Assembly: GCA_963741265.1 (NCBI GenBank)
Contig: CAVUHG010000010.1
Coordinates: forward strand, 3,132-67,131
DNA: 64,000 nt
Reading direction: 5' to 3'
DNA from: an uncultured Actinomycetota bacterium
Lineage (GTDB): Bacteria > Actinomycetota > Actinomycetes > Actinomycetales > Micrococcaceae
Positions within the stretch are counted from its first letter, which is position 1; each line of letters opens with the position of its first letter. Below, piece after piece: positions 29,879 through 45,720 of the stretch. The translations under genes were made by a program, and so were the position numbers. A model generated the notes under the pieces. The model was not told the DNA's origin. It searched no databases and saw nothing but the letters and a program-made list of their open reading frames with translations.

Positions 29879-30758
29879 CTAGAGGTAAGCGGGCGCGGCT
29901 TCCAGCCCGAAGTATTCCTCGAGGGTGGCAATTCCCCGCGTGGTCATGTCCGTGGCCGCCTCGACGCCGATGAAGCGCAGGTGCCATGGCTCGTACCAGT
30001 AGCCGGTGATGTCGTGGAACATCCACGGGTAGCGGACCACAAAGCCGAAGCGGTGGGCGTTGGCCTTCGCCCAGATGGCTGCCGGCAGATTGGCGAATTC
30101 AGGGCTGGAAACTGTGCGCACCGCTGCCGTCGCCGATGTCGAAGGACCAGCCGGTCTGATGCTCCGAATAGCCGGGACGGGCCGAGGCCGTGTCAGCCAT
30201 CGCCTGGCCTTTGGTGCGCACCCAGTTGTCGTACGTGGCGGTCTGCGTGGTGAACGAACGGTACCCGCTGGCCAGGGTCATGGTGACGCCTTCCGCCGCC
30301 GCAGCCGCGAACATCGTCTCCGCTGCCACCGCCGTTGTGCTGTTCAGCAGGGCAGCTTCGCCGGAGGTCGCCAACCGGATGCGCGGCCGGACCAGATCGG
30401 CCGGGACAAAGGCCGCGGGGGAGAGCGCCCGGTGCTTGTTGACCACCACCCATTGGCTGGCGGGGTCGGACTTTGAGTGCTGCGGCCCGGGGGCGGAAGC
30501 CGACGGCGCCGGCCCGGCGGATGGCGTTCCGCCCGGCACTGCCGCCGGAGTGCTGTCCGGGACCGGAGCCTCGGAGGCGCTTGCCGTGGCGGACGGGGAG
30601 GGGCTGGGCGGCGGCGCCGCCGTCGTGGTCGCAGAACCGGACCCGGCAGCGGGCTCCTGCGGCGCTGCGGGGGAGCAGGCAGCGAGGGCGGCAAGGCCCG
30701 ATCCGGCCAGGAGGAAGCGGCTGAACGCCCGCCGGCTCGCTAGTGACCGGCCGGGCAT
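29879..30758 (-). CDS. M15B (VanY-like) D,D-carboxypeptidase lipoprotein (apparent +1 frameshift at ~30103)
   Basis: SRR Tat motif, LAAC lipobox, SGYRS, SEHQTG; YEPWHLRF in the next frame; removing one C gives SFQPEFANLP. Confidence 0.85.
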
Positions 30759-30805
30759 TGTCCCGCCGGGCTCAGGGATGCCGATGCCGTCGTGGCACAC
30801 CTGTG

Positions 30806-31771
30806 CTACACCTTCCTCAGAAGCATGCGGCGGATGGAATGGTCGGCGTCCTTGGTGAGGACCAGCTGGGCCCGTCCGCGGGTGGGGAGGACGTTCTCCT
30901 CGAGGTTCGGTTCGTTGATGCGCTTCCAGATTTCCCGCGCGGTCTGCTCCGCCTCGGCGTCCGAGAGTGTGGCATAGCGGTGGAAATAGGACTCCGGCTG
31001 GGCAAAAGCCGTGGTCCGCAACTTGCGGAAGCGGTCCACGTACCACTCCTCGATGTAGCTCGTTTTGGCATCGACGTAGATCGAGAAGTCGAAGAAGTCA
31101 CTCAGCGCCAGGCCCTGCCGGCCGTCATGCCGGGGCCGGGCAGGCGCCAGGACATTGAGCCCCTCCACGATCAGGACGTCGGGACGCCGGACCACCACTT
31201 CCTTGCCGGGCACGATGTCGTACGTGACGTGGGAGTACCAGGGGGCCCGGACTTCCTCGGCACCGCCTTTGATCTCGCTCACGAAACGGAGCAGGGCGCG
31301 GCGGTCATAGGACTCGGGAAACCCTTTGCGTTCCAGCAGCTGGCGGCGTTTGAGTTCGGCCAGCGGGTAGAGGAAACCGTCGGTGGTGATGAGCTCCACG
31401 TTGGGGGTTCCGGGCCAGCGGCGGAGCATCTCCCGGAGCACACGGGCGATGGTCGATTTGCCCACCGCCACCGAGCCGGCAACGCCGATCACGAACGGCG
31501 TGCGCTGGGTCTTCTCGCCGAGGAACGTGGTGGTCGCCGAATGGAGCTGGCCGGCCGCCTCAACATAGAGGTGCAGGAGCCGGGACAGCGGGAGATAGAC
31601 CTCGCGGACTTCCTTCATGTCGAGAGGATCGCCAAGGCCGCGCAGGCGCAGCACGTCCTCTTCATTGAGGGGCTGCTCCATCTGGGCAGCGAGCCGGGAC
31701 CAGGTCTGCCGGTCCAGCTCCACGAACGGGGAGACGCCGTCGCCGTTCGCTTCATTGCGTTGCAAAGTCAC
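30806..31771 (-). CDS. coaA: Type I pantothenate kinase
   Basis: [28 protein letters not shown]. Confidence 0.95.
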   Translation of the reverse strand: MTLQRNEANGDGVSPFVELDRQTWSRLAAQMEQPLNEEDVLRLRGLGDPLDMKEVREVYLPLSRLLHLYVEAAGQLHSATTTFLGEKTQRTPFVIGVAGSVAVGKSTIARVLREMLRRWPGTPNVELITTDGFLYPLAELKRRQLLERKGFPESYDRRALLRFVSEIKGGAEEVRAPWYSHVTYDIVPGKEVVVRRPDVLIVEGLNVLAPARPRHDGRQGLALSDFFDFSIYVDAKTSYIEEWYVDRFRKLRTTAFAQPESYFHRYATLSDAEAEQTAREIWKRINEPNLEENVLPTRGRAQLVLTKDADHSIRRMLLRKV

Positions 31772-31907
31772 CCTAGAGATTCTGCCCTTCGGCGGCCTGA
31801 GAGCGAAATGGGGGTCCCTGTGCCACACCGCACACGGACAGGGCGGCGCCGGCTGGACCGCTTCATCCAACGTCGGCTTTTCGGTGAAACCCGCTAGGCT
31901 TGAGTCC

Positions 31908-33800
<1,893 letters not shown>

Positions 33801-33804
33801 CCGC

Positions 33805-34152
33805 ATGATTGTTGGCATCGGCGTAGACGTCGTAGACATTGAACGGTTCGGCCGGCAGCTGGAGCGCACCCCTGGGTTGCGCGACAGGCTGTTCGTCCCC
33901 GCTGAGCGCGAGCTGAACACCCGGTCCCTGGCCGCACGGTTCGCCGCCAAGGAGGCCGTGGCCAAGGTCCTCGGCGCCCCGGCAGGGATGAACTGGCAGG
34001 ACTGCTGGATCGGACTGGACCAGAACGGCCCCACGATCCAGGTCAAGGGCACCGTGCTGGCTGTGGCGGAGTCGAAAGGCGTCAAGCGCTGGCACCTCTC
34101 GATGAGCCACGACGGCGGGATCGCCACCGCCACGGTCCTCGCCGAAGGCTGA
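33805..34152 (+). CDS. acpS: Holo-ACP synthase
   Basis: GIGVDVV, RFAAKEA, SMSHD. Confidence 0.93.
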   Translation: MIVGIGVDVVDIERFGRQLERTPGLRDRLFVPAERELNTRSLAARFAAKEAVAKVLGAPAGMNWQDCWIGLDQNGPTIQVKGTVLAVAESKGVKRWHLSMSHDGGIATATVLAEG

Positions 34153-34243
34153 GCAAGCCGGCCTGAACCAGCCCTGACGAGCCCACCCGCCCGGGCACAA
34201 CCCGCATTGCCAACAGCGACCGCACGGCGAACGGACTGAAAAT

Positions 34244-35770
34244 ATGATCAGCGCCTACACCGGAACCCAAGTACGCGAGGCCGAGAAGCCCCTGCTGGAC
34301 TCCGGTGAAGGCGCTGTTCTCATGCAGCGGGCCGCGTACGGGCTGGCCAACGCCGTGGTCCGCGAACTGCAGCACCGCGGCCGGCGCCTCTACGGCGCCA
34401 GCGTGACTGTCCTCGCCGGCAAAGGCAACAACGGAGGCGACGGGCTGTACGCCGCCGCGCTGCTGGCGGGCCGCGGCATGCGGACGACGGCGGTGCTCAC
34501 CACGGACGGCGCCCACGCCGGGGGACTGGCGGCCTTCGAACAGGCAGGCGGCCGGACGCTGCGCCTGGCTGCGGACAACGCCGCCGACCTCGCGGCGGCC
34601 GCCGCACGCACCGACGTCGTGATTGACGCGGTCCTCGGGACGGGCGCGCAGGGCGGGCTCAGGGGACCCGCTGCCGGCCTCATCCGCGAACTGGAACGTG
34701 CCCGGCCCGGCTCCCGTTCCCCCTTGGTAGTGGCCTGCGACATCCCCAGCGGAGTCGACGCGGACACCGGGGAAGCGCACGCCCCCGTGCTCACCGCGGA
34801 TGTCACCGTGACCTTCGGCGCCACCAAAGCGGGCCTGCTGGCTGACCCCGGCGCGGACTACTGCGGCCGTGTCCAGCTCATCCCGATCGGGATCGGGACA
34901 CATCTTCCGCACCCTGCCCTGCGCCGGCTGGAAGCCGACGACCTCGCCCGGCTGCTGCCCCGCCCCGGACGGCGTTCGCACAAATACTCCCGCGGCGTCC
35001 TGGGCGTGGTGGCCGGCTCGGAACGGTACCCCGGGGCCGCGGTCCTCGCCTGCCAGGGCGCCCTGGCTGCCGGCGCCGGCATGGTCCGCTACCTGGGCCC
35101 GCCCGCGGTCGCCGACCTCGTCCGGCAGTCCTGCCCGGAAGTGGTGTGCGCAGCGGAGGACCCCGCCGACACCCACGTGCAGGCCTGGCTGCTGGGCCCC
35201 GGCCTCGACGACGGCGCCCACGAACAGCTGGAGCGGGTCCGCGCGGCAGCGGACACCGGGTTACCTGTCGTGGCCGACGCCGGGGCGTTGCCGGCGCTGC
35301 CGCAGCGGCTCGCCGCGGACACCATCCTGACGCCGCACGCCGGCGAACTGGCGTCCCTGCTGGGACGGTACGGCGTGGATTCCGGCCGCGACGGGGTGGA
35401 GAAGGCCCCTCTCGGCGCGGCGCGCCGCGCCGCCTCCCTGACGGGCGCCACGGTGCTGCTCAAAGGCGCCACGACCCTCGTCGCGTCACCCGCCGGGACA
35501 GTCTTCAGCCAGGCCGAGGCCACGCCCTGGATGGCGACAGCAGGCAGCGGAGACGTCCTCGCCGGCGTCCTCGGCGCCCTGCTGGCCCAGCTAAGCGGCC
35601 AGGACGATGCCTTCGACGCCCACGGCATCGCAGCCCCGGACCGCTGGGCGGCGATTGCCGCCATGGCCGCAAGCCTGCACGGGCGCTCGGGAAGCCGCGC
35701 ATCCGGCGGCGGACCGGTAACCGCCAGCGCCATCTCCCGCGCCCTCCCGGGGGTGCTGCGGGAGCTGTAA
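34244..35770 (+). CDS. nnr: Bifunctional NAD(P)H-hydrate epimerase/dehydratase
   Basis: GKGNNGGDG, DIPSG, HKYSRG, TPHAGE, ATAGSGDVL. Confidence 0.92.
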   Translation: MISAYTGTQVREAEKPLLDSGEGAVLMQRAAYGLANAVVRELQHRGRRLYGASVTVLAGKGNNGGDGLYAAALLAGRGMRTTAVLTTDGAHAGGLAAFEQAGGRTLRLAADNAADLAAAAARTDVVIDAVLGTGAQGGLRGPAAGLIRELERARPGSRSPLVVACDIPSGVDADTGEAHAPVLTADVTVTFGATKAGLLADPGADYCGRVQLIPIGIGTHLPHPALRRLEADDLARLLPRPGRRSHKYSRGVLGVVAGSERYPGAAVLACQGALAAGAGMVRYLGPPAVADLVRQSCPEVVCAAEDPADTHVQAWLLGPGLDDGAHEQLERVRAAADTGLPVVADAGALPALPQRLAADTILTPHAGELASLLGRYGVDSGRDGVEKAPLGAARRAASLTGATVLLKGATTLVASPAGTVFSQAEATPWMATAGSGDVLAGVLGALLAQLSGQDDAFDAHGIAAPDRWAAIAAMAASLHGRSGSRASGGGPVTASAISRALPGVLREL

Positions 35771-35860
35771 CCAACGCGCACAAACCGCCACCAACAGGGA
35801 TAGTAACCCTACTTACCAGTAGTCTGACTAGAGATTGCCCGCATCGCACGAGGAGAACAC

Positions 35861-38188
35861 ATGGAAGTCTGGCCCGGAACGGCTTATCCGCTGGGAGCCA
35901 CTTTTGACGGCACCGGCACCAACTTTGCCCTGTTCAGCGAACGCGCCGAACGGGTGGAGCTTTGCCTGCTGGCTGACGACCTGACCGAGACCCGGATCGA
36001 GCTCTCCGAGGTCGACGGCTACGTCTGGCACTGCTACCTGCCGCACATCCAGCCGGGACAGAAGTACGGCTACCGGGTCCACGGCCCGTACGAACCCGAA
36101 AACGGCAACCGCTTCAACGCCAACAAACTGCTGATGGACCCGTACGCGAAGGCCGTCCAGGGCCAGATCGACTGGGACCCGGCGCTCTTCACCTACGAAT
36201 TCGGCGACCCCGACTCACGCAATGACAGCGACTCGGCGCCGCACACCATGCACGGCGTGGTCATCAACCCGTTCTTCGAGTGGGACGGTGACCGCCAGCT
36301 GCGGATCCCCTACCACGAGTCCGTCATTTACGAGGCCCACGTCAAGGGCCTGACCGAGCTCCACCCGGAAATTCCCGAAGAACAGCGCGGCACCTACGCC
36401 GGCGTCTCGCACCCGGCCGTGATTGAGCACCTCAAGAAGCTCGGCGTCACCGCGATCGAGCTTATGCCCGTGCACCAGTTCGTCAACGACGGCACGCTTG
36501 AGGAGAAGGGCCTCACCAACTACTGGGGCTACAACACCATCGGCTTCTTCGCACCGCAGAACACCTACAGCTCCTCCGGCGACGTCGGGCACCAGGTCCA
36601 GGAGTTCAAGGCCATGGTCCGCGAGCTGCACAAGGCCGGCATCGAGGTTATCCTGGACGTGGTTTACAACCACACCGCGGAAGGCAACCACCTCGGCCCC
36701 ACACTGTCCTTCAAGGGCATCGACAACCAGGCGTACTACCGGCTGGTGGACGATGACCTGAAGCACTACATGGACTACACAGGCACGGGAAACTCGCTCA
36801 ACGTCCGGCACCCGCACTCCCTGCAGTTGTTGATGGATTCCCTGCGCTACTGGGTGACGGAAATGCACGTCGACGGCTTCCGCTTTGACCTCGCCTCCAC
36901 CCTGGCCCGCGAGTTCTACGATGTGGACAAGCTCTCCACCTTCTTCGAACTCATCCAACAGGACCCGATCGTCTCGCAGGTCAAGCTGATCGCCGAGCCG
37001 TGGGACATCGGCCCGGGCGGCTACCAGGTGGGCAACTTCCCGCCGCAGTGGACCGAATGGAACGGCAAGTACCGCGACACGGTCCGCGACTTCTGGCGCG
37101 GCGAACCCTCGACCCTGGGCGAATTCGCCTCCCGTCTGACCGGCTCCGCGGACCTGTATGAAAGCTCTGCGCGGCGCCCGGTGGCGTCGATCAACTTCGT
37201 CACGGCCCACGACGGCTTCACGATGCGTGACCTCGTGTCCTACAACGAGAAGCACAACGACGCCAACGGCGAGGGCAACAACGACGGCGAATCGCACAAC
37301 CGCTCCTGGAACTGCGGCGAGGAAGGGGACACGGACAACGACCACGTTGCGACCCTCCGCGCCCGCCAGCAGCGCAACTTCATCGCCACCCTGCTGCTCT
37401 CGCAGGGCGTGCCCATGCTGCTGCACGGCGACGAGCTCGGACGCACCCAGCAGGGCAACAACAACACCTACTGCCAGGACTCCGAGCTGAGCTGGATCCA
37501 CTGGGACGCGATGGACCAGCCGCTGGTCGAGTTCACCGCCGTCGTCAACAAGATCCGCCACGACCATCCGACTTTCCGGCGCAGCCGTTTCTTTGACGGC
37601 CGCCCGGTGCGCCGTGGCGAGGGCGAGAAGCTGCCGGACATCGTGTGGCTGAAGACGGACGGCACCGAAATGCTGCCCGAGGACTGGGGCAGCGGCTTTG
37701 GCCGGACCATCGGCGTGTTCTACAACGGGCACGGCATCCAGGAACAGGATTCCCGCGGCCGCCGGATCACCGACGACAGTTTCCTGCTGGCCTTCAACGC
37801 CCACGACGACGACGTGGACTTTGCGCTGCCCGCCGATGAGTACTCACGGTTCTGGGACGTCCTGGTGGACACCGCGGACCAGGCCGACACCGAGGAACCG
37901 CTCAAGGCTGGCTCAGTGGTGAAGCTGGCGGCCAAGTCGATGGTGGTACTCCGGGCCCACTCCGGGCCCGAGGTGGAAGTGGACTACTCCGCAGCCGCGT
38001 CCCTGGCCGCGATGGCCGAGCACGAGGAAGAGGGCACGGCAGCGGCAGCCGCCGCCGAGGAGGAAGCCGCGGCTGCCGCCGCGAAGGACGCCGCCGCGAA
38101 GCGCGCTGCCAAAGGCACTGCCGCCAAGGGCACCAACCGGAAAAAGGCGGCCGGGAAGCCGAAGGACTCGAAGGGGACCGCCTCATGA
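35861..38188 (+). CDS. glgX: Glycogen debranching enzyme (GlgX/TreX)
   Basis: [28 protein letters not shown]. Confidence 0.95.
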   Translation: MEVWPGTAYPLGATFDGTGTNFALFSERAERVELCLLADDLTETRIELSEVDGYVWHCYLPHIQPGQKYGYRVHGPYEPENGNRFNANKLLMDPYAKAVQGQIDWDPALFTYEFGDPDSRNDSDSAPHTMHGVVINPFFEWDGDRQLRIPYHESVIYEAHVKGLTELHPEIPEEQRGTYAGVSHPAVIEHLKKLGVTAIELMPVHQFVNDGTLEEKGLTNYWGYNTIGFFAPQNTYSSSGDVGHQVQEFKAMVRELHKAGIEVILDVVYNHTAEGNHLGPTLSFKGIDNQAYYRLVDDDLKHYMDYTGTGNSLNVRHPHSLQLLMDSLRYWVTEMHVDGFRFDLASTLAREFYDVDKLSTFFELIQQDPIVSQVKLIAEPWDIGPGGYQVGNFPPQWTEWNGKYRDTVRDFWRGEPSTLGEFASRLTGSADLYESSARRPVASINFVTAHDGFTMRDLVSYNEKHNDANGEGNNDGESHNRSWNCGEEGDTDNDHVATLRARQQRNFIATLLLSQGVPMLLHGDELGRTQQGNNNTYCQDSELSWIHWDAMDQPLVEFTAVVNKIRHDHPTFRRSRFFDGRPVRRGEGEKLPDIVWLKTDGTEMLPEDWGSGFGRTIGVFYNGHGIQEQDSRGRRITDDSFLLAFNAHDDDVDFALPADEYSRFWDVLVDTADQADTEEPLKAGSVVKLAAKSMVVLRAHSGPEVEVDYSAAASLAAMAEHEEEGTAAAAAAEEEAAAAAAKDAAAKRAAKGTAAKGTNRKKAAGKPKDSKGTAS

Positions 38189-40518
38189 GGACCCCCGCGT
38201 CCACCTACCGGCTGCAGGTCCGGTCCGGCTTCACCCTTCAGGATGCCGCTGAGACGGTGCCTTACCTGAAGTCGCTGGGCGTGGACTGGATCTACCTCTC
38301 ACCGATCCTGACGGCGGAGAAGGGCTCGGACCACGGCTACGACGTCACCGACCCCTCCGCCGTCGACCCCGACCGGGGCGGCGCCGAGGGGCTCATCGCA
38401 GCCTCCCGGGCCGCCCGGGAGGCCGGTATGGGTGTGCTGGTGGACATCGTCCCCAACCACGTCGGGGTGGCCACCCCCGTCCAGAACCCGTGGTGGTGGT
38501 CGCTCCTCAAGGAGGGGCAACAGTCCCGCTACGCCCCGGCGTTCGACGTCGACTGGGCCTTTGGCGGCGGCCGCATCCGGATCCCCGTGCTGGGCGAGGA
38601 CTCCGACCTCGACGCACTTCAGATCCGGGACGGGGAGCTGCGGTACTACGACCACCGCTTCCCGCTCGCCGAGGGCACCTACACCGCAGGTGACTCCACT
38701 GCCGACGACCCCCGCGAGGTCCATGACCGGCAGCACTACGAGCTGATCGGCTGGCGCCGGGCAGACAACGAGCTGAACTACCGGCGGTTCTTCGCGGTCA
38801 ACAGCCTCGCCGGGATCCGGGTCGAGACCCCCGAGGTCTTCGACGAGGCCCACGAGGAGATTGTGCGCTGGTTCCGCGAGGGGCTCGTGGACGGTCTGCG
38901 GATCGACCATCCCGACGGCCTGGCCGATCCGGAGGGCTACCTGCGCCGCCTCCGGGACGTCACCGGCGGCAGCTACCTGCTGATCGAGAAGATCCTCGAA
39001 CCCGGGGAAGTGCTCCCGGCCGGCTTCGACTGCGAGGGCACCACCGGCTACGACGCCCTCGCGGACGTGGACCGGGTCTTCATCGACCCGGCCGGCCAGG
39101 ACGGACTGGACGCCCTGGACACCGAGCTGCGCGGCGGCCCCGCAGACTACGAGGACATGATCCACGGCACCAAGCGGAGGATCACGGACGGGATCCTGCA
39201 TTCCGAGATGCTCCGGCTGGCCCGGCTGGTGCCGGCCGACGCCGGAATCACCATCGACACGGCCGCGGACGCCCTGTCCGAAATCATCGCCGCGTTCCCC
39301 GTTTACCGCAGCTACCTGCCGGAGGGTGCAGACGTCCTCAAGGAAGCCTGCGAACTCGCGGTCCGCCGCCGCCCTGAACTGGAAGGCGCGGTGGGCGTGC
39401 TCCTGCCGCTGCTGCTGGATGCTGGTCCGGAAGCCGGAGCGGAGCTGGGGCGCCGCTTCCAGCAGACGTCCGGCATGGTGATGGCCAAGGGCGTGGAAGA
39501 CACCGCGTTCTTCCGCTACACCCGGCTGGGCACCCTGACCGAAGTCGGCGCGGATCCCACGGAGTTCGCCGTGTCCGCGGAGGAATTCCACGCCCGGATG
39601 GCCCGCCGCCAGGCCACGCAGCCGCTGTCCATGACCACCCTCAGCACGCACGACACAAAGCGCAGCGAGGACACCCGCGCCCGGATTTCGGTGCTCGCGG
39701 AGCTGGCCCCGGAATGGAAAGCCGTCCTGGCGCGGCTGCAGGAACTCGCGCCGCTGCCGGATGGCCCGCTAGCGAATCTGCTGTGGCAGGCCATTGCCGG
39801 AGCGTGGCCCGCAGACCGTGAACGGCTGCAGTCCTACGCGCAGAAGGCCGCCCGCGAGGCCGGAAACTCGACCGACTGGACCGACCCGGACGCGGACTTC
39901 GAGGCCAAGCTCTCGGCCGCTGTCGACGCGGCCTTCGACGACGCCGCGGTCCGGGCCGAGCTGGAAGCGCTCGTGGCGCTGCTGGAACCGTACGGCGCCG
40001 CCAACTCGCTCGGCGCGAAGCTGGTCCAGCTGACCATGCCCGGGGTTCCGGACGTCTACCAGGGCACGGAATTCTGGGACCGGTCGCTGACCGATCCGGA
40101 CAACCGCCGGCCCTTCAGCTTCGACGCCCGGAAACGCGCCCTGGCCGCGCTCGACGCCGGCGAGCGGCCGGCGTCGTTCCTCGACGACTCGGCGAAGTTG
40201 CTCGTGACCTCGCGGGCGCTGCGGCTGCGCAGGGACCGGCCGGAACTGTTCACCGGCTACGCGCCGGTTGCGGCCTCCGGCACCTCGGCCGTGCACCTGC
40301 TGGCGTTCAGCCGGGGCGACGGCCAGCAGGGGGCGCTCACGCTCGCGACCCGGCTGCCCCGCGGACTCGAGCACAAAGGCGGCTGGCAGGACACCGCCAT
40401 CAGCCTGGCCGCCACCATGACCGACGAACTGACGGGCCGCGCCTTCGGCCCGGGCCCGGTGCGCGTGGCCGACATCCTGCGCGACTACCCGGTCGCCCTC
40501 CTGGTGCCGACCGCCTGA
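38185..40518 (+). CDS. treY: Malto-oligosyltrehalose synthase
   Basis: [35 protein letters not shown]. Confidence 0.95.
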   Translation: MRTPASTYRLQVRSGFTLQDAAETVPYLKSLGVDWIYLSPILTAEKGSDHGYDVTDPSAVDPDRGGAEGLIAASRAAREAGMGVLVDIVPNHVGVATPVQNPWWWSLLKEGQQSRYAPAFDVDWAFGGGRIRIPVLGEDSDLDALQIRDGELRYYDHRFPLAEGTYTAGDSTADDPREVHDRQHYELIGWRRADNELNYRRFFAVNSLAGIRVETPEVFDEAHEEIVRWFREGLVDGLRIDHPDGLADPEGYLRRLRDVTGGSYLLIEKILEPGEVLPAGFDCEGTTGYDALADVDRVFIDPAGQDGLDALDTELRGGPADYEDMIHGTKRRITDGILHSEMLRLARLVPADAGITIDTAADALSEIIAAFPVYRSYLPEGADVLKEACELAVRRRPELEGAVGVLLPLLLDAGPEAGAELGRRFQQTSGMVMAKGVEDTAFFRYTRLGTLTEVGADPTEFAVSAEEFHARMARRQATQPLSMTTLSTHDTKRSEDTRARISVLAELAPEWKAVLARLQELAPLPDGPLANLLWQAIAGAWPADRERLQSYAQKAAREAGNSTDWTDPDADFEAKLSAAVDAAFDDAAVRAELEALVALLEPYGAANSLGAKLVQLTMPGVPDVYQGTEFWDRSLTDPDNRRPFSFDARKRALAALDAGERPASFLDDSAKLLVTSRALRLRRDRPELFTGYAPVAASGTSAVHLLAFSRGDGQQGALTLATRLPRGLEHKGGWQDTAISLAATMTDELTGRAFGPGPVRVADILRDYPVALLVPTA

Positions 40519-40557
40519 GCACTCCTTGAACACCGACATGGGGAACGGAACAATGCC

Positions 40558-42330
40558 ATGACCTTGCCTGTACACGGAAGCGAACGCTTCGATATCTGGG
40601 CGCCGGAAGCGCAGGCGGTCACGCTGCTCGCGGACGGCCGGAAGTACCCGATGGAGCGCGGCGGCGGGGCGCGCGATGGCTGGTGGACAGCCGCCGCCGC
40701 CCCGGCCGCCGGCGAGGTGGACTACGGCTATCTCCTCGACGGGGACACCATCCCGCTGCCGGACCCGCGGTCGCGGCGCCAGCCCGACGGAGTCCACGCC
40801 CTCTCGCGGACCTTTGACCCCGCCGGCCACCAATGGTCAGGACGGGCCGTGGGCGGGGCGCGGGCTGCAGGGCGCCGTGATCTATGAGCTGCACGTGGGG
40901 ACCTTCACCCCGAGGGCACCCTGGACGCGGCCGCCGGGAAGCTCGGCTACCTCGCGGATCTCGGCGTCGACTTCGTGGAGCTGCTCCCGGTCAACGGCTT
41001 CAACGGCACGCACAACTGGGGCTATGACGGCGTGCTCTGGTACGCCGTCCACGAGGGCTACGGCGGGCCCGCCGCGTACCAGCGCTTCGTCGACGCCGCC
41101 CACGCCGCCGGCCTGGGCGTCATCCAGGACGTCGTGTACAACCACCTCGGCCCCAGCGGGAACTACCTCCCGCGGTTCGGCCCGTACCTCAAATCGGGGG
41201 AGGGCAACACCTGGGGCGACTCCGTCAACCTGGACGGCCCCGGCTCCGACGTGGTGCGCCGCTACATCCTGGACAACGCCGCCATGTGGCTGCGGGACTA
41301 CCACGTGGACGGGCTGCGCCTCGACGCCGTGCACGCCTTCAAGGACGAGCGGGCAGTCCACCTGCTGGAGGAGTTCGGCGCGCTCGCGGACGAAATAGCC
41401 GCCGAGACCGGACGCCCGGCCACCATGGTGGCCGAATCCGACCTGAACAATCCGCGGCTGCTCTACCCGCGGGACCTCAACGGCTACGGCCTTGCCGGGC
41501 AGTGGAGCGATGACTTCCACCACGCCGTCCACGTCAATGTCAGCGGCGAGGCCACGGGCTACTACGAGGACTTCGAATCGCTGGAGGCGCTGGCCAAGGT
41601 CCTGCGCTCCGGGTTCTTCCACGACGGCAGCTACTCAAGCTTCCGGGAGCGGCATCACGGCCGGCCGATCGACGGCGCCCTGGTCCATCCCGCGGCCCTC
41701 GTGGTGTGCAGCCAGAACCACGACCAGATCGGAAACCGGGCCACCGGTGACAGGTTGTCCCAGTCGCTTGGCTACGGGCAGCTGGCGCTCGCCGCCGTCG
41801 CCACCCTGACCTCGCCGTTCACGCCGATGCTGTTTATGGGCGAGGAGTACGGCGCGACGACGCCGTGGCAGTTCTTCACCTCGCACCCCGAGCCGGAACT
41901 CGGCAAGGCCACCGCCGAGGGCCGGATCAAGGAATTCGAGCGGATGGGCTGGGATCCCGCCGTCGTGCCCGATCCGCAGGATCCGGAGACGTTCACCCGG
42001 TCCAAGCTCGACTGGTCCGAACCCGCGGAAGGGGACCACGCCCGCCTGCTGGAGCTCTACCGGGCCCTGATCGCGCTGCGCCGCTCGACCCCGGAGCTGG
42101 CAGGTCCCGGCTTCGAGGACACCGAGGTGGACTTCAGCGAGACGGACGGCTGGCTCGTACTGCGGCGCGGCCGGGTCCAGGTGGCGATGAACTTCTCCGC
42201 CGGACCGCGCCGGGTTCCCGTCCGCGGCACCTCGCTGCTGCTGGCCACGGACGACGCCGTCCGGCCGGAGTCCGTAGCGGCCGGCCAGCTCGAGCTTCCG
42301 CGACACAGTGCCGCGATTGTTTCCGAATAA
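40558..42330 (+). CDS. treZ: Malto-oligosyltrehalose trehalohydrolase (compensating +1/-1 indels at ~40837 and ~40910)
   Basis: [20 protein letters not shown] (shifted frame), [23 protein letters not shown]. Confidence 0.92.
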
Positions 42331-42357
42331 GTGTTCGAATAGGACAGGATAGTACGT

Positions 42358-43395
<1,038 letters not shown>

Positions 43396-43429
43396 CCCGG
43401 GCCGCACGCAACAGAGCCGCTTGACAGAG

Positions 43430-43467
43430 GTGCCGGGGCCGTCGGGGAACAACCGCGGCCCCGGCAC
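43430..43467 (+). terminator. Hairpin after the aldo/keto reductase
   Basis: gtgccggggccg...cggccccggcac 12-bp stem. Confidence 0.55.
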
Positions 43468-43577
43468 TGTTGACTTAGAATGCTAAGGGCGCCGTATGGC
43501 GCCGTGCCCGCAAGCCGCCGTCGCACATCAGCGTGCGTCCGCGCCGGGCACATGAAGTTTGTTCTCAAAGGAGTTCC

Positions 43578-44663
43578 GTGTCTTCAAATCCGATTCGTGT
43601 TGCAATCGTCGGCGTAGGTAACTGTGCCGCTTCGCTGGTCCAGGGTGTCCAGTACTACCAGGATGCCGACCCCCAGGCCACGATCCCGGGTCTGATGCAC
43701 GTGGAGTTCGGCAAGTACCACGTCAACGATGTGCAGTTCGTGGCCGCCTTCGACGTCGACGGCAAGAAGGTCGGCATCGACCTCGCCGACGCCATCGGGG
43801 CCAGCGAGAACAACACCATCAAGATCGCCGATGTCCCGCCGACCGGCGTCACCGTCCAGCGCGGCCCGACCCTCGACGGTCTCGGCAAGTACTACCTCGA
43901 GACCATCGAGCAGTCCTCCGAGGAGCCGGTCGACGTCGTCCAGGTGCTCAAGGACGCCAAGGTCGACGTTATGGTCTGCTACCTGCCGGTCGGATCCCAG
44001 GAAGCCGCCGAGTTCTACGCCCAGGCCGCAATCGACGCCGGCGTGGGCTTCGTCAACGCCCTGCCGGTCTTCATCGCGGGCACCAAGGCATGGGCGGACA
44101 AGTTCACTGCCGCCGGCGTGCCGATCGTGGGCGATGACATCAAGAGCCAGATCGGTGCCACCATCACACACCGCGTGATGGCCAAACTCTTCGAAGACCG
44201 CGGCGTCACGCTGGACCGCACATACCAGCTGAACGTCGGCGGCAACATGGACTTCAAGAACATGCTCGAGCGCGACCGCCTCGAGTCCAAGAAGATCTCC
44301 AAGACCCAGGCCGTCACCTCCAACGTCGAAGCCGAGCTCGCCGCCAAGGACGTCCACATCGGCCCGTCGGACTACGTGCAGTGGCTCGACGACCGCAAAT
44401 GGGCCTTCGTGCGCCTCGAGGGCCGCAACTTCGGTGACGCCCCGGTCTCGCTGGAATACAAGCTCGAGGTCTGGGACTCACCCAACTCCGCCGGCGTGAT
44501 CATCGACGCCATCCGCGCCGCCAAGATCGGCCTGGACCGCGGCATCGGCGGCCCGCTGCTCTCGGCGTCGAGCTACTTCATGAAGTCCCCGCCGGAGCAG
44601 TTCAACGACGACCTCGCCCGCGAAAAGGTCGAGGCCTTCATCCGCGGAGACCTGGAGCGCTAA
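43578..44663 (+). CDS. ino1: myo-Inositol-1-phosphate synthase
   Basis: [33 protein letters not shown]; GTG after AAGGAG. Confidence 0.94.
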   Translation: MSSNPIRVAIVGVGNCAASLVQGVQYYQDADPQATIPGLMHVEFGKYHVNDVQFVAAFDVDGKKVGIDLADAIGASENNTIKIADVPPTGVTVQRGPTLDGLGKYYLETIEQSSEEPVDVVQVLKDAKVDVMVCYLPVGSQEAAEFYAQAAIDAGVGFVNALPVFIAGTKAWADKFTAAGVPIVGDDIKSQIGATITHRVMAKLFEDRGVTLDRTYQLNVGGNMDFKNMLERDRLESKKISKTQAVTSNVEAELAAKDVHIGPSDYVQWLDDRKWAFVRLEGRNFGDAPVSLEYKLEVWDSPNSAGVIIDAIRAAKIGLDRGIGGPLLSASSYFMKSPPEQFNDDLAREKVEAFIRGDLER

Positions 44664-44679
44664 ACGCCTTCTCCTTCCC

Positions 44680-44746
44680 CCGGTTGCCCTATCACTTACG
44701 GTCCCCAAACCTCTGGTTTGACCGCTGTAAGTGATAGGGCAACCGG
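44680..44746. repeat. 67-bp palindromic element A (REP-like)
   Basis: 20-bp perfect IR ccggttgccctatcacttac / gtaagtgatagggcaaccgg. Confidence 0.85.
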
Positions 44747-44749
44747 CGT

Positions 44750-45667
44750 TTAACGGGGGCGCAGGGCGGACCGGACCCGTTGGGCCGCGCCGCGGAAGTC
44801 GTCGGCCAGATCGTCGGCGTTGAACTTGAAGTACCGCCAGCCGGCCGCGTTGAACGTTTCGTCGCGGCGGTTGTCCCGGGACTGCTGCTCGCGCGTCAGG
44901 TGATGGCCGCCGTCGTACTGGATGGCCACTCTTTGCCTCCGGTAGCCGAGGTCCGCGGCGGGGGAGCAGGGGTCGTCCGGCACAATCCGAAGCTGCAGCT
45001 CCGGCTCCGGCAGCCCGGCCGCAGCCAGCGCCAGGCGCAGGAAGGTCTCCGGAGCCGAGTCGGCGCCGGGCCGGATCAGGGCCGCGGCCCCGCGGGCCTT
45101 CACGATGCCCTTGAGCTTCGGGTGCCGCGACAGCATCGCCGTCAGCTGGGGAAGGGTTGCCCACGGGTCCGAGCGGCCCTCCAGCCCGGGCCGGGGCTGC
45201 CGGACCAGCTGGTCGCCCACGGCCACGAGATCGTCAAGCGGCAGGATGCGGGCAAGATCCAGCCAGGTCCGGGCGGGTGTTGAAATCCGGATTCCATCCC
45301 AGACCATCACCTCGTCGTCGAACGCCAGCACGGTATGCCCGACGACGCCCTCCCGCCGGACCGGCGGCAGGGCCTTGCGCTTACTCAGATGCAGTTCGCG
45401 GCAGCCGCTGTACCACGACGGGAGCCACAGCCCCAGCAGCACCGCGGCCGTGAGGTGCGAGATCCAGGCGCCCGGCGTCGCGGCGGACAGGGCACGGGCC
45501 AGGCCGCGGACTTCAAACTCCCAGCCCGCGGGAACGTGGATCAGCCGGCCCGCCGAGGTGAGGTCGGAGGAACGGAGCCGGGCACCGCCCAGGCTCGCGG
45601 CCCGGGCCTCATAGACCGTGAACGGGGCCGTGGACAGGTGGGCCGGCAGCGGCGCAGGTGGGTGCAT
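44750..45667 (-). CDS. AbiEi-like N-terminus plus DUF559/Vsr-like PD-(D/E)XK nuclease-fold protein
   Basis: SHLTAA..LGL, TPARTWLDL, DSAPETFLRL, ADLGY...AIQYDGGHH, D..RD....AAGW; CAGAAT-7nt-ATG leaderless start. Confidence 0.75.
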   Translation of the reverse strand: MHPPAPLPAHLSTAPFTVYEARAASLGGARLRSSDLTSAGRLIHVPAGWEFEVRGLARALSAATPGAWISHLTAAVLLGLWLPSWYSGCRELHLSKRKALPPVRREGVVGHTVLAFDDEVMVWDGIRISTPARTWLDLARILPLDDLVAVGDQLVRQPRPGLEGRSDPWATLPQLTAMLSRHPKLKGIVKARGAAALIRPGADSAPETFLRLALAAAGLPEPELQLRIVPDDPCSPAADLGYRRQRVAIQYDGGHHLTREQQSRDNRRDETFNAAGWRYFKFNADDLADDFRGAAQRVRSALRPR

Positions 45668-45720
45668 GCGGACCATTCTGGTCCGAACCCCGTGTCCCCG
45701 CTCCGGCTATCCACAGGCCC

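Noticed and set aside
31772-31907. glmS ribozyme
   Set aside because: The short intergenic region is shared with divergent coaA, glmS appears leaderless, and no ribozyme core is visible.
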